Assembly (NCBI GenBank): GCA_963753065.1
Contig: CAVWAQ010000001.1
Span: 303,441 to 367,440 of the forward strand
DNA length: 64,000 nucleotides
Reading direction: 5' to 3'
DNA from: Candidatus Bathyarchaeota archaeon
Lineage (GTDB): Archaea; Thermoproteota; Bathyarchaeia; 40CM-2-53-6
The notes under the pieces: generated by a model
The model's database searches: none
The model's input: the letters and a program-made list of their open reading frames with translations, nothing else
Told to the model about the DNA's origin: nothing
Made by a program: the position numbers and the translations under genes
Shown: in pieces, positions 39,649-47,658 of the stretch
Position numbering within the stretch: position 1 is the stretch's first letter
How the letters are laid out: each line of letters begins with the position of its first letter

Positions 39649-40863
39649 TTACTCGAACATCTCTAGCAGTGCGTCGATGCGTGTCTGAATCTGAGCCTCG
39701 TTGAAGAGACGACTGTCCACCATGTCGCCCTCGATCACTACGCCTGGCACACCCGTTGCCTCCGTGACGAGTTCCTTGGAAACCAGCTGCCCTAAGGAAT
39801 ATCGCTTGCAGGACCTGACTGAGAACATGACGAACCCGTCAAGATCATAATCCTTGATGAGCTCTACCATTTTGTCGACTTTTGCCTGGAGACCTTTGTT
39901 GAGGTATACATTGCTGTATATCGTGGCTGCGCTGTCGAAGAGGTCTTTTCCTTCAAGGGAGCCTGACCAGGCGTGAGTGTACGTGTCTGCAGGAAACACC
40001 ACGCCCCTCTTAGCTAATCCATTGAAGAATCTGAAGATGTTGAACCAAGGAGGTATATTGTCCCATAGCAGCCTAACCTTCTCATCCCTTATTGACCCGA
40101 TGCCCTGGGAAACGCGTTCCCGCACCTCATCATGCAACGCTTGGTAGAACTCGATGATGTGCTCTGTCCCTCTCATTGTCACTACAGGAGCCATAGTCGT
40201 GAACCTATCTGCGCAGTTGAGGGGGCTCGGCTTATTCTTGCAGGCTTCAAGTGACTTCGTCCAGAGACCTATTGCCTTGCTCGAGTTCGCAGCTACTTCT
40301 CTCAGCCTCTCCTCCTCGAGCGTGACAGTGAAGGTCTTTGACAAGAACTCGCCAAGGCGCTCAATGCCTCTTCGAACATAGGCTAGATGATGTGGTTGCT
40401 GCTCTCCCTCGATAGGCGGAGTGTCCAGAAGGAAGACTGGTGCACCTGTCATCTGTGAGATGGCATCATACCAGCGCAGGACTGTCCCACAAATGTTGTT
40501 GCAGGCTAGGAGGGCCTGCGGTTTCGGAAGTCCGTTCAAGGGGCTCTCTTCAGGCTTCCGCGTCGAACCAATACTCGAGCGGGCATAGGAACAGAGTTCT
40601 TGAGAGTACCCTAGCTCTTCTGCAAATCCGCAAATTGTCGGGCCAACCTTCTCCGCCCCCACCACCGCACCATACTGTTCGGGGTACGCGGACGTTACGC
40701 CCATGGCTAATGGTATCTCTACCGGAAATCCCGAGGTCACCCACGCAAGGCGGCCCTGCTCGCTAGCCGCATTACCCTCAAGCACATAGCGAAACAGTAC
40801 TTGCCGCAGAAGGTCCTGCGTCTTGAGAGGCCTGTATGCTTTCTCTTCCTTCCCGGAGCTCAT
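39649..40863 (-). CDS. 2-hydroxyacyl-CoA dehydratase / benzoyl-CoA reductase family subunit (HgdA/B, BcrB/C-like)
   Basis: About 404 aa with HGD-D family architecture and conserved Cys (LCSYARS, LACNNICGT). The start is taken at Met-40 of the listed ORF (MSSGKEEK), 10 nt after the upstream stop. Confidence 0.7.
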   Translation of the reverse strand: MSSGKEEKAYRPLKTQDLLRQVLFRYVLEGNAASEQGRLAWVTSGFPVEIPLAMGVTSAYPEQYGAVVGAEKVGPTICGFAEELGYSQELCSYARSSIGSTRKPEESPLNGLPKPQALLACNNICGTVLRWYDAISQMTGAPVFLLDTPPIEGEQQPHHLAYVRRGIERLGEFLSKTFTVTLEEERLREVAANSSKAIGLWTKSLEACKNKPSPLNCADRFTTMAPVVTMRGTEHIIEFYQALHDEVRERVSQGIGSIRDEKVRLLWDNIPPWFNIFRFFNGLAKRGVVFPADTYTHAWSGSLEGKDLFDSAATIYSNVYLNKGLQAKVDKMVELIKDYDLDGFVMFSVRSCKRYSLGQLVSKELVTEATGVPGVVIEGDMVDSRLFNEAQIQTRIDALLEMFE

Positions 40864-40873
40864 CTCGGTCGTC

Positions 40874-42238
40874 TTACCTCGTACCTCCTTCGAATGTTTC
40901 GAGGAATGATTGGATCCTTCCCTCCAGCCTGTTTCTATCAGACAGTTCAGGATCCATTGGCAATCGAACCGAGGGAACATTCACCTCTGATGCGGCCTTC
41001 AAAAGAGACGGAGCCTCGAACTGATCAGGGTCACAGAATGATTGCTCGCACACCACTAGCCCGTCGATCGAAAGTCGCGACAGGACGCCCTTGAGAAACT
41101 CAAGCCTCTCGGGGAGCCCTTCCTGTGTTGGTTCAGAAGGAGCGCCTAAGATAGATCTTGAGAGAGCAACAAACAGGTCGCCCTCCAGCTCAACCGGAGG
41201 CGTGAATACGGTCTTGAAACCGAAACTGAGCAAATCCAAGACAACAACCTCCCCACCAATTATCTCTGAGCCCTCGAACAAGGATGCAACTACCATCGGC
41301 TCCACCATGCCGCCCACGACCAAGATTCTCGGGATGCTCGATTCCACATCAATCCTGGTATCGCCCAGCGCCCCGCTCAGCAATTCCTTCCGCAGTGACT
41401 TCACTACAGTGAGTTGGCCTCTCTCGTCCAGAATCTGCGAAGCAGTATTAGCGGACTTGCTAATCTGAGCGACTGCGTCAGCACTTGGGATGGCCAAGAA
41501 CTGCCTTACCATCCGAGCCGCCTCGGAATAAGAGACAAGACTTGGATCTACGACTCTGCACGAATAGAGGGTTTGCGTGGCGTCTCTGAAATCGTTGACG
41601 AGAGATGCCGCGGCGGAAAGAGCGTCATTCGAGAGGGGGCGCCCGTATACGTCCTTCAGGCATTGACTGAGAATCCTCAATTCCTCTGCCAAGAATCGAA
41701 CCGAGTCGTCACTAGGTGTGGTCGCCGGATAGGTCAGTTTAAAGACCTTGTCTTCTGGGAAGCGGCGTCGCCACACATCTGACACATTGTGAAGCGAGTC
41801 GCATGTATTGCTGGGAAAGAGAAGGCCGCCAAGGAAAGGTAGTCCACCGTTTGAGCGTTGGCCGAACAAGTTTCTTGTGAGCGAGCACGAGAATGTCTGA
41901 AGACTCGCCTCGAATCCGCCCTGAACGCTCGGATTGGTCCATACTAGTGAAGGAGTGATTCCGTGGGCGAATATGAGTTCAAGCGGCGCATGCGGATACA
42001 TATAGCCAACTATCGTTCCTCCGCTCCCTGAGAGTTCCCTTAGCTGTTGTTCGAAATTCCCGAAAACCTCCCCGAACCTCAATTGGAACCCAGTCCTTTC
42101 TTGCGTTGGAGCTTCGACCGAACAGCGCTGCACGTCCGACAGCCAGCGTCTTATTCCTTGTGTTTTGGACCAGCGGCGAACGAGGTATTCTAGCAGAGCC
42201 CAGATTCCGAGTCCGTAGAAGGAATTATCAACAAGCAC
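40874..42238 (-). CDS. 2-hydroxyacyl-CoA dehydratase family subunit (second component)
   Basis: 454 aa. Family-like segments (IVGYMYPHAPLELIFAHGITP; FPSNTCDSLHN; VCEQSFCDP) and tight coupling to the downstream subunit. Confidence 0.65.
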   Translation of the reverse strand: MLVDNSFYGLGIWALLEYLVRRWSKTQGIRRWLSDVQRCSVEAPTQERTGFQLRFGEVFGNFEQQLRELSGSGGTIVGYMYPHAPLELIFAHGITPSLVWTNPSVQGGFEASLQTFSCSLTRNLFGQRSNGGLPFLGGLLFPSNTCDSLHNVSDVWRRRFPEDKVFKLTYPATTPSDDSVRFLAEELRILSQCLKDVYGRPLSNDALSAAASLVNDFRDATQTLYSCRVVDPSLVSYSEAARMVRQFLAIPSADAVAQISKSANTASQILDERGQLTVVKSLRKELLSGALGDTRIDVESSIPRILVVGGMVEPMVVASLFEGSEIIGGEVVVLDLLSFGFKTVFTPPVELEGDLFVALSRSILGAPSEPTQEGLPERLEFLKGVLSRLSIDGLVVCEQSFCDPDQFEAPSLLKAASEVNVPSVRLPMDPELSDRNRLEGRIQSFLETFEGGTR

Positions 42239-42310
42239 TGCGGAAACTATCGGACTGTTCTTCCTTGATTACTCTCTCAATCAGACCAAAGGGAGTTGTG
42301 ACGAAGTAAG

Positions 42311-44059
42311 ATGGACGAGTATCTTTGGCATAAACACAAGTGGCCTGCGGACGTTCCAAAAACGCTGGAATATCCAAAGGAACCGCTCTTTGCCATGCTT
42401 GATAGGTCCGCAGAGAAGAGCGGCAACCTGCCATACACGACGTGGGAGGGGCAAGCGTGGACCTTTTCACAGGTGAGGGATGATGCAAACCGGATTGCCA
42501 ACTTTCTGGCAAGTCGAGGCATAAAGAAGGGCGACAGAGTTGCCGTCTTTCTGCCGAATACCCCGCACTTTCCCCCAGTTCTATTTGGTTCTCTGAAGAC
42601 TGGAGCGACTGTCGTCACGTGCAACCCCATGTACAAGGCAGGGGAACTGAATTTCCAGTTGAAGGACTCAGGAGCACTTGCGGTCTTCGTGTTGGATCAC
42701 CCCGCATTCACACCAACCTGCTATGAGGCGATCAAGAACACAGCCGTCAAGACTGTGGTCGTGTGCAGTGCGAAGAACTTCCTGCCCAAGGCCAAGGCTG
42801 TGCTCGGAGGTCTTCTCGGGAAGATCCCGAAGAGCCCGTACTACCAGAAGGATGTGACATTCTTCTACGGGGATATCATGACCAAGAACGAGCCTGTAGC
42901 GCCCAAGGTCGACGTTGATCCTGACGACGTTGCCATGGTATTGTACACCGGAGGAACCACAGGCACACCTAAAGGCGCAGCTCTGAGCCACAGGAACCTC
43001 GTGTCCAACGTTCACCAAATCTACGAGTGGGTCAATCTAGCACCCGAGGACATCGACGCAGCAAAGAAAATCGAGTATGGGAAAGAAGTGTTCGTCGGGG
43101 CACTGCCATGGTACCACAGCTACGGTCTGACTTTGACACTGTTGATCAGCACAAACTACGCTGGCCAACTAGTATGCGTCCCAGATCCAAGAGCCGGCAA
43201 GCCACCATTGGCAGACCTGCTCAAGGCACTGGAGAGGTACAAGGGGACTATTTTCAATTGCGTGCCTGCTCTGTATGCAGGCGTAGTCAATCATCCAGAT
43301 GTGAAGAAGTACAATCTCAGATCCATCAAGATATGCAGCTCTGGAGCAGCACCTCTGCCGCCAGAACTTGCGAAGAGATTCGAGGAGGTGACCGGGGCGA
43401 TCCTGTTTGAGGGATACGGCCTAAGCGAAACATCTCCTGTGACCCACATCAACCCTACAAACAGAAGAGACCGCAAGTTCGGCTCAATCGGATTACCGAT
43501 CTCAGATACCGTCGCAAAGATACTTGATGTTGAGACGGGAACTAGGGAGATGCCTGTCAAGGAAACTGGCGAACTTGCAGTGCACGGACCGCAGGTAATG
43601 AAGGGATACTGGAACAAGCCACAAGAAACAGAGAACGTGATGAGAGAGATTGATGGCAGACGTTTCTTCCTGACCGGCGACATCGGGCACATGGACGAAG
43701 AAGGCTACTTCATCATCTCAGATCGCAAGAAACAGATGATAAACGTCGGAGGGCTGAAAGCCTACCCGCGCGAAATCGAGGACATGTTCTACGAGCATCC
43801 AAAAGTAAAAATGGTCGCCGCCGTCGGCATCCCACGAGAGGACGAACCGAGCAATGAGTTCGTCAAGGCATTCATCGTACTGAAAGACGGAGTGAAAGCA
43901 ACTCCAGAAGAGTTCATCGAGTGGGCACGAACCAGAATGGCAGGTTACAAGAGACCTAGAGAAGTCGAATTCAGAGACTCACTACCACTTAGTAATGTGG
44001 GGAAGGTACTACACAGAGTGCTCAAAGAAGAGGAACTGGAAAAGAGAACAGCAAAGTAG
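42311..44059 (+). CDS. AMP-forming acyl-CoA synthetase/ligase (long/medium-chain or aryl type)
   Basis: LYTGGTTGTPKGA (A3 motif), GYGLSETSP, TGDIG and the C-terminal lysine region PLSNVGKVLHRVL. Confidence 0.9.
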   Translation: MDEYLWHKHKWPADVPKTLEYPKEPLFAMLDRSAEKSGNLPYTTWEGQAWTFSQVRDDANRIANFLASRGIKKGDRVAVFLPNTPHFPPVLFGSLKTGATVVTCNPMYKAGELNFQLKDSGALAVFVLDHPAFTPTCYEAIKNTAVKTVVVCSAKNFLPKAKAVLGGLLGKIPKSPYYQKDVTFFYGDIMTKNEPVAPKVDVDPDDVAMVLYTGGTTGTPKGAALSHRNLVSNVHQIYEWVNLAPEDIDAAKKIEYGKEVFVGALPWYHSYGLTLTLLISTNYAGQLVCVPDPRAGKPPLADLLKALERYKGTIFNCVPALYAGVVNHPDVKKYNLRSIKICSSGAAPLPPELAKRFEEVTGAILFEGYGLSETSPVTHINPTNRRDRKFGSIGLPISDTVAKILDVETGTREMPVKETGELAVHGPQVMKGYWNKPQETENVMREIDGRRFFLTGDIGHMDEEGYFIISDRKKQMINVGGLKAYPREIEDMFYEHPKVKMVAAVGIPREDEPSNEFVKAFIVLKDGVKATPEEFIEWARTRMAGYKRPREVEFRDSLPLSNVGKVLHRVLKEEELEKRTAK

Positions 44060-44258
44060 AAGGACACGTCCCACCCTCTCCGCTTTGCCTATCGGCCGAA
44101 ACCTCGTACTTGTCTCGCCCAAGCAGTCTTAGACAGTGCGAAGTGGGACACGCATATCATCATACGGTGCAAATCACGCCACTCACAGTGGCGGCGGGCC
44201 TGCAATGAGCACCAACTATTATAACTGGACTTCAGGCGCCTGAGCCCCTGAACCGCTC

Positions 44259-44678
44259 TTGGCAAACATGCTTTATACTTGCACTACAGCGGATTGCAGT
44301 ACAGCGCTGACGGTGATGAACTACCAGCAGCTCTGTAACCGGATCTTCTCGGTCGATAAGCGGATCAGGTATGTTACGGTGGCCGATGGCAAGTGCAAGA
44401 TTTTGGCCGGAGGGATGCGGCCTGGCGTCGCACCATTGGAAGCGAGTACTAAGGAGGCGGAGAAGATCGACCTTCAGGTGGCGGTCCTGGGTGGCGTCAT
44501 GGAATCATGGGCTGAGTCTCTAGGGCGCGCGAGATTCGCGTTGATACAACACGAGAGAGCGTACATGCTGATAGTTCCATTCGACGACAAACGCCTTGAG
44601 CTTTCAATCGAGACAAGCACGTCCATTCAGCAGATTGGCAGAATACTTACTGCAATTGAGAATGCTATTCGTCAGTGA
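44259..44678 (+). CDS. hypothetical protein, paralog of 38194..38649
   Basis: NRIFSVDKRIRYVTV... is collinear with the 38194..38649 product. The start may be the ATG at 44268. Confidence 0.45.
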   Translation: MANMLYTCTTADCSTALTVMNYQQLCNRIFSVDKRIRYVTVADGKCKILAGGMRPGVAPLEASTKEAEKIDLQVAVLGGVMESWAESLGRARFALIQHERAYMLIVPFDDKRLELSIETSTSIQQIGRILTAIENAIRQ

Positions 44679-44894
44679 TTGAAGCAAACACAAAGTTGCT
44701 GGCGAGTGAGGCCACTAGCAGACTGCCCGCAGGAACTTCATGCCACAACTCAACAAGGAATGGGGCCTCCCTTGGCGAGGCATTATTCTGCGCATGCGCA
44801 CAGCCCCTTGGGATAGACCATGCAATGCCCACAGAAGCCAGACAGGCCTCTGCCCTTGAGCAACTCTCGCGATTTCGCCTGCCCGACAGGTTGC

Positions 44895-45125
44895 TTACTG
44901 CTTAGCTCCGCACTTTGGACAGAAGCTAGCGCTTCCGTAGAGTTCGGCTCCACAGTTCGTACAGAACCTCTTCTCTCCTGCAGACGGAGCGACTGCGGGG
45001 ACGGGCACCGCGCCCACTGGCGCCGCACCGGACTTGATTACGACCGTTTTCGCGATTCTATCGCCGAGCCGTTGCTTCTCATCCGATCGCGACATGAAGA
45101 TCAAGCCGATGAAGCAACAACACAA
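44895..45125 (-). CDS. small zinc-ribbon protein
   Basis: C-terminal FCTNCGAELYGSASFCPKCGAKQ (CxxC...CxxC). The N-terminal part resembles only the tail of an RDD-type domain. Confidence 0.4.
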   Translation of the reverse strand: MCCCFIGLIFMSRSDEKQRLGDRIAKTVVIKSGAAPVGAVPVPAVAPSAGEKRFCTNCGAELYGSASFCPKCGAKQ

Positions 45126-45221
45126 CTCATTCTACTATTCTGTTGTATGATTCATAGGTACTGGGTAGTATATTCGACTTGGGCATGATGTGTTTGTGTG
45201 CGTGCTGTTATGTGTGAATGC

Positions 45222-45794
45222 CTATTCACTGATACCGAATGTGATTCTGAGGCCGTGTTCCTCGATGAATGCCAGTTCAGACTGGGAGAGGGTTGGATAT
45301 TTCTTGAGAAACTCTTTGATGATGAAGTCAGTGTCCTGTGATAGAAACTTTCGCCAGATGAATGGGCTAAGTACGACATAGAGGAAGGCAATCCCAAAAA
45401 CAGCCGCTATTAGCACCATTGTTGCTGGCTCTAGCTTCAGCGTGCTCACGAACCAAGGCACTTGAATAGATTGCAGATAATCCATTACTTGCATATACGA
45501 GAAGACCGACGTTAGCAAGGAGATACCGCCAAGTACAACCCCGTTCCACCGTTTCGTCACTGCTTGTCCCATTAGGTAGAGTAGTGACATGAGTAACCAT
45601 ACGATGAGCGAATAACGAATCGGAGACATCATGTCTCCGACAAATGGGCTGAGGGGCAAGTCGAATAGTGCCCCCCACAAAGAGATCACATAGACACCAA
45701 ACACGAATACTGCGAAGGCGTATCCCATGAGATATAGCGACGATATTACACCAAGGACATCCCGCAGAGTTGAGATGGAACTCACTTTGGCCAA
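45222..45794 (-). CDS. integral membrane protein, hypothetical
   Basis: 190 aa with about 5 hydrophobic spans, in an A+T-richer stretch. Confidence 0.4.
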   Translation of the reverse strand: MAKVSSISTLRDVLGVISSLYLMGYAFAVFVFGVYVISLWGALFDLPLSPFVGDMMSPIRYSLIVWLLMSLLYLMGQAVTKRWNGVVLGGISLLTSVFSYMQVMDYLQSIQVPWFVSTLKLEPATMVLIAAVFGIAFLYVVLSPFIWRKFLSQDTDFIIKEFLKKYPTLSQSELAFIEEHGLRITFGISE

Positions 45795-46088
45795 GCAGAA
45801 GACCTCTGGTTAGGAAACCGCGGTCTGGTCTTTAGGCATTTGCGCATGTCTGCTGACTTGATAGGGTCTGGTGGCCCGCCGCGCTTCATTATAACCCAAA
45901 AACGCTCTAAACAGCAACTAAGAGGGGACACCGCAGGTTCAGATTAGATTTCCTTTGGTGTCATACCACTCCAATTTGGTGTCACTATTTGAGCGTCGTT
46001 GGAGGAATTGGCTGGCATCATGAGTTTCTTTGATAGCGGCTGAGTTCAAGACTGCGGCTTCGGAGTGGTCGTAACCTATAGGGGCTAT

Positions 46089-46373
46089 CTACCGCTTCTT
46101 GCCCGATTTTTCAAACTCCATTTCAAAGTGAATGGGACTCCCAACGTCGTCGATAAGCAATATGAAACGCCACGTCTCGTCACGTAGCCCCATCTCCGCA
46201 AGAAATTTCCCCTTTGTTTTCCACAGCGCCTTGTCTTCGTCATAAAAGGCACCCGTCAGATTGAGTTCCTTCGGTGCGAAGTGTTCTTTCACGTACTTTC
46301 TTGCCGCCTCTTGAATCTCCTCGATCGGGCGAATCGGAGTACCTTCCAACAGACTGCACTCCTTGAAGCTCAT
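46089..46373 (-). CDS. hypothetical protein
   Basis: 94 aa ORF immediately downstream of the integrase on the same strand. No motif recognised. Confidence 0.35.
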   Translation of the reverse strand: MSFKECSLLEGTPIRPIEEIQEAARKYVKEHFAPKELNLTGAFYDEDKALWKTKGKFLAEMGLRDETWRFILLIDDVGSPIHFEMEFEKSGKKR

Positions 46374-46469
46374 CTGGACACGTTAGCCATTATAACCTTG
46401 CGGCAGAGCCTATAACAGTTCACAATCTGGGCAGCCTCATGGCAAACGTGTGGGTCAAGCATGAGGTTC

Positions 46470-47366
46470 TCATTTTCTCTTGCGGAACAACTTCAGGCCT
46501 TCGACATCGGTGACATATTCGAAACCGCTTTCGACCAAGTCTTTTGCCTCTTCGACTGTCTTTGCCACTTTGCAGATGAACTGATCACTTTCGTTGTTGA
46601 TCAAGTGAGTGTAAACGAGCGTGTTCTGTATGTTTCTATGGCCCAGCATTTGCATGACATGGAGGATATCTTTGGTTTTCTGATACTCCATCGTCGCCTT
46701 GAAGTGGCGTAGGGTCTTGAAGCTTATGCGCAGCATCTGTGGGTTCTGTAGTTTCTCAGCGATCTTTCTTCTTTGTGCGCTGAAGTTGCGGCTGAAGTCA
46801 TCCAGCGACTCGGACTTGTCGATTGCGGGATTGCGAAGGACATACTCTGAGCGGTGCGGCAAGTGATCTAGCATCATGACGAGTGAGCTTGTGATTTTCA
46901 AGCGCCTTGCTCTACTGCCTTTCTCGGGCGTAATTGTGGCGGTTCCTTGCTGAGAGTTGATGTCAACCCATCTAATGTTCCATGCCTCACCAGCGCGAGC
47001 GCCAGTCTCCTTCAATAGTTGAAGGTAGACAGCGGTCTTTTTGCCGACACCAGGAATTAGCTGATCAACTTCGCTCTCCATTGGGATGAATGGGAGCGTG
47101 TCAACAGCCACATAGTGGGGCTTGTCGAATGGAATCCGCTTGTACGTGTAGAACCTAGCCATGTGTTGAACAAGAATCGCCTTGCGCGCCTCGCTCAGTT
47201 TCGCGCCAGCCAAGTACGCTTTGACCGATTCAGGATTCAGCAAATCCGCCCGTCTAGCCAGACCCTTCAGAGACCGTACGCAAGCCCTGATGGTTGAGTC
47301 CTTGTATCCCTGTTTCATCATCCATGAGGCAAATGACAGAATCTCGCCAAGTGCTCCAGACGACAA
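46470..47366 (-). CDS. tyrosine recombinase / site-specific integrase
   Basis: ETGARAGEA (Arg I), LRHFKAT, GHRNIQNTLVYTH (His/Arg II ... Tyr). The C-terminal GFEYVTDVEGLKLFRKRK tail is typical of archaeal integrases as I remember them. The start lies 20 nt from the tRNA 3' end. Confidence 0.85.
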   Translation of the reverse strand: MSSGALGEILSFASWMMKQGYKDSTIRACVRSLKGLARRADLLNPESVKAYLAGAKLSEARKAILVQHMARFYTYKRIPFDKPHYVAVDTLPFIPMESEVDQLIPGVGKKTAVYLQLLKETGARAGEAWNIRWVDINSQQGTATITPEKGSRARRLKITSSLVMMLDHLPHRSEYVLRNPAIDKSESLDDFSRNFSAQRRKIAEKLQNPQMLRISFKTLRHFKATMEYQKTKDILHVMQMLGHRNIQNTLVYTHLINNESDQFICKVAKTVEEAKDLVESGFEYVTDVEGLKLFRKRK

Positions 47367-47385
47367 CGGTGGATTTGTCGAAAAG

Positions 47386-47539
47386 TGCGGGGGGTGGGAT
47401 TCGAACCCACGAAGGCCTACGCCGCAGGATCTCTCATCCCGAGGCGGATCTTAAGTGTGGCACGACTCAGAGTGGTCGTCCTGCCCCTTTGACCTGAATC
47501 CCGCCCACATCGTATCGTACGGGTCTCGGGAACCCCCGC
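47386..47539 (-). tRNA. tRNA-Leu (anticodon UAA), 154 nt gene with about three intervening sequences
   Basis: Hand fold. Acceptor GCGGGGG/CCCCCGC plus A73. T-arm GTGGG-TTCGAAT-CCCAC. D-arm CCCG..AGGG with GG. Anticodon arm CAGGA-CTTAAGA-TCCTG, assembled only after removing inserts at about 47498-47524, 47456-47478 and 47431-47449. Long variable arm. CTTTT follows the 3' end. Confidence 0.8.
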
Positions 47540-47565
47540 TCGTATCTGCTAGGATACTAGTTTGG

Positions 47566-47573
47566 CTAAAAAC
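47566..47573 (-). promoter_or_regulatory. TATA-like box for tRNA-Leu
   Basis: GTTTTTAG on the minus strand, centred about 31 nt upstream of the tRNA 5' end. Confidence 0.3.
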
Positions 47574-47623
47574 TTGTCATGGCGAACCTCAGCTCGTGGC
47601 CACATGCGGCGTGTTCTGAGCAA

Positions 47624-47631
47624 ACTATATG
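47624..47631 (+). promoter_or_regulatory. TATA-like box for the plus-strand tRNA
   Basis: ACTATATG, centred about 31 nt upstream of the tRNA 5' end at 47659. Confidence 0.3.
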
Positions 47632-47658
47632 ATGGCACAGAGGCTAGTCTCGTCGCGT

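Larger units (their letters stand above)
44895..47539 (-). mobile_element. putative small tRNA-Leu-associated integrated element (integrase plus 3-4 small ORFs); boundaries not established
   Basis: tRNA-then-integrase arrangement on one strand, followed by A+T-richer small hypothetical ORFs. I found no convincing direct repeat of the tRNA 3' part. Confidence 0.3.

Noticed and set aside
40864-40980. 5' extension of the HgdA/B-like ORF overlapping the upstream subunit gene
   Set aside because: The extension overlaps the upstream gene's C-terminus by 107 nt. Met-40 (MSSGKEEK), 10 nt after the upstream stop, is the more plausible start.
44700-45940. Candidate attachment-site repeats for the integrase (gcccgcaggaac at about 44726 and caccgcaggttc at about 45929, against tRNA cgccgcaggatc at about 47420)
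   Set aside because: Only a 7-nt core (ccgcagg) is shared, which is too short to distinguish from chance.
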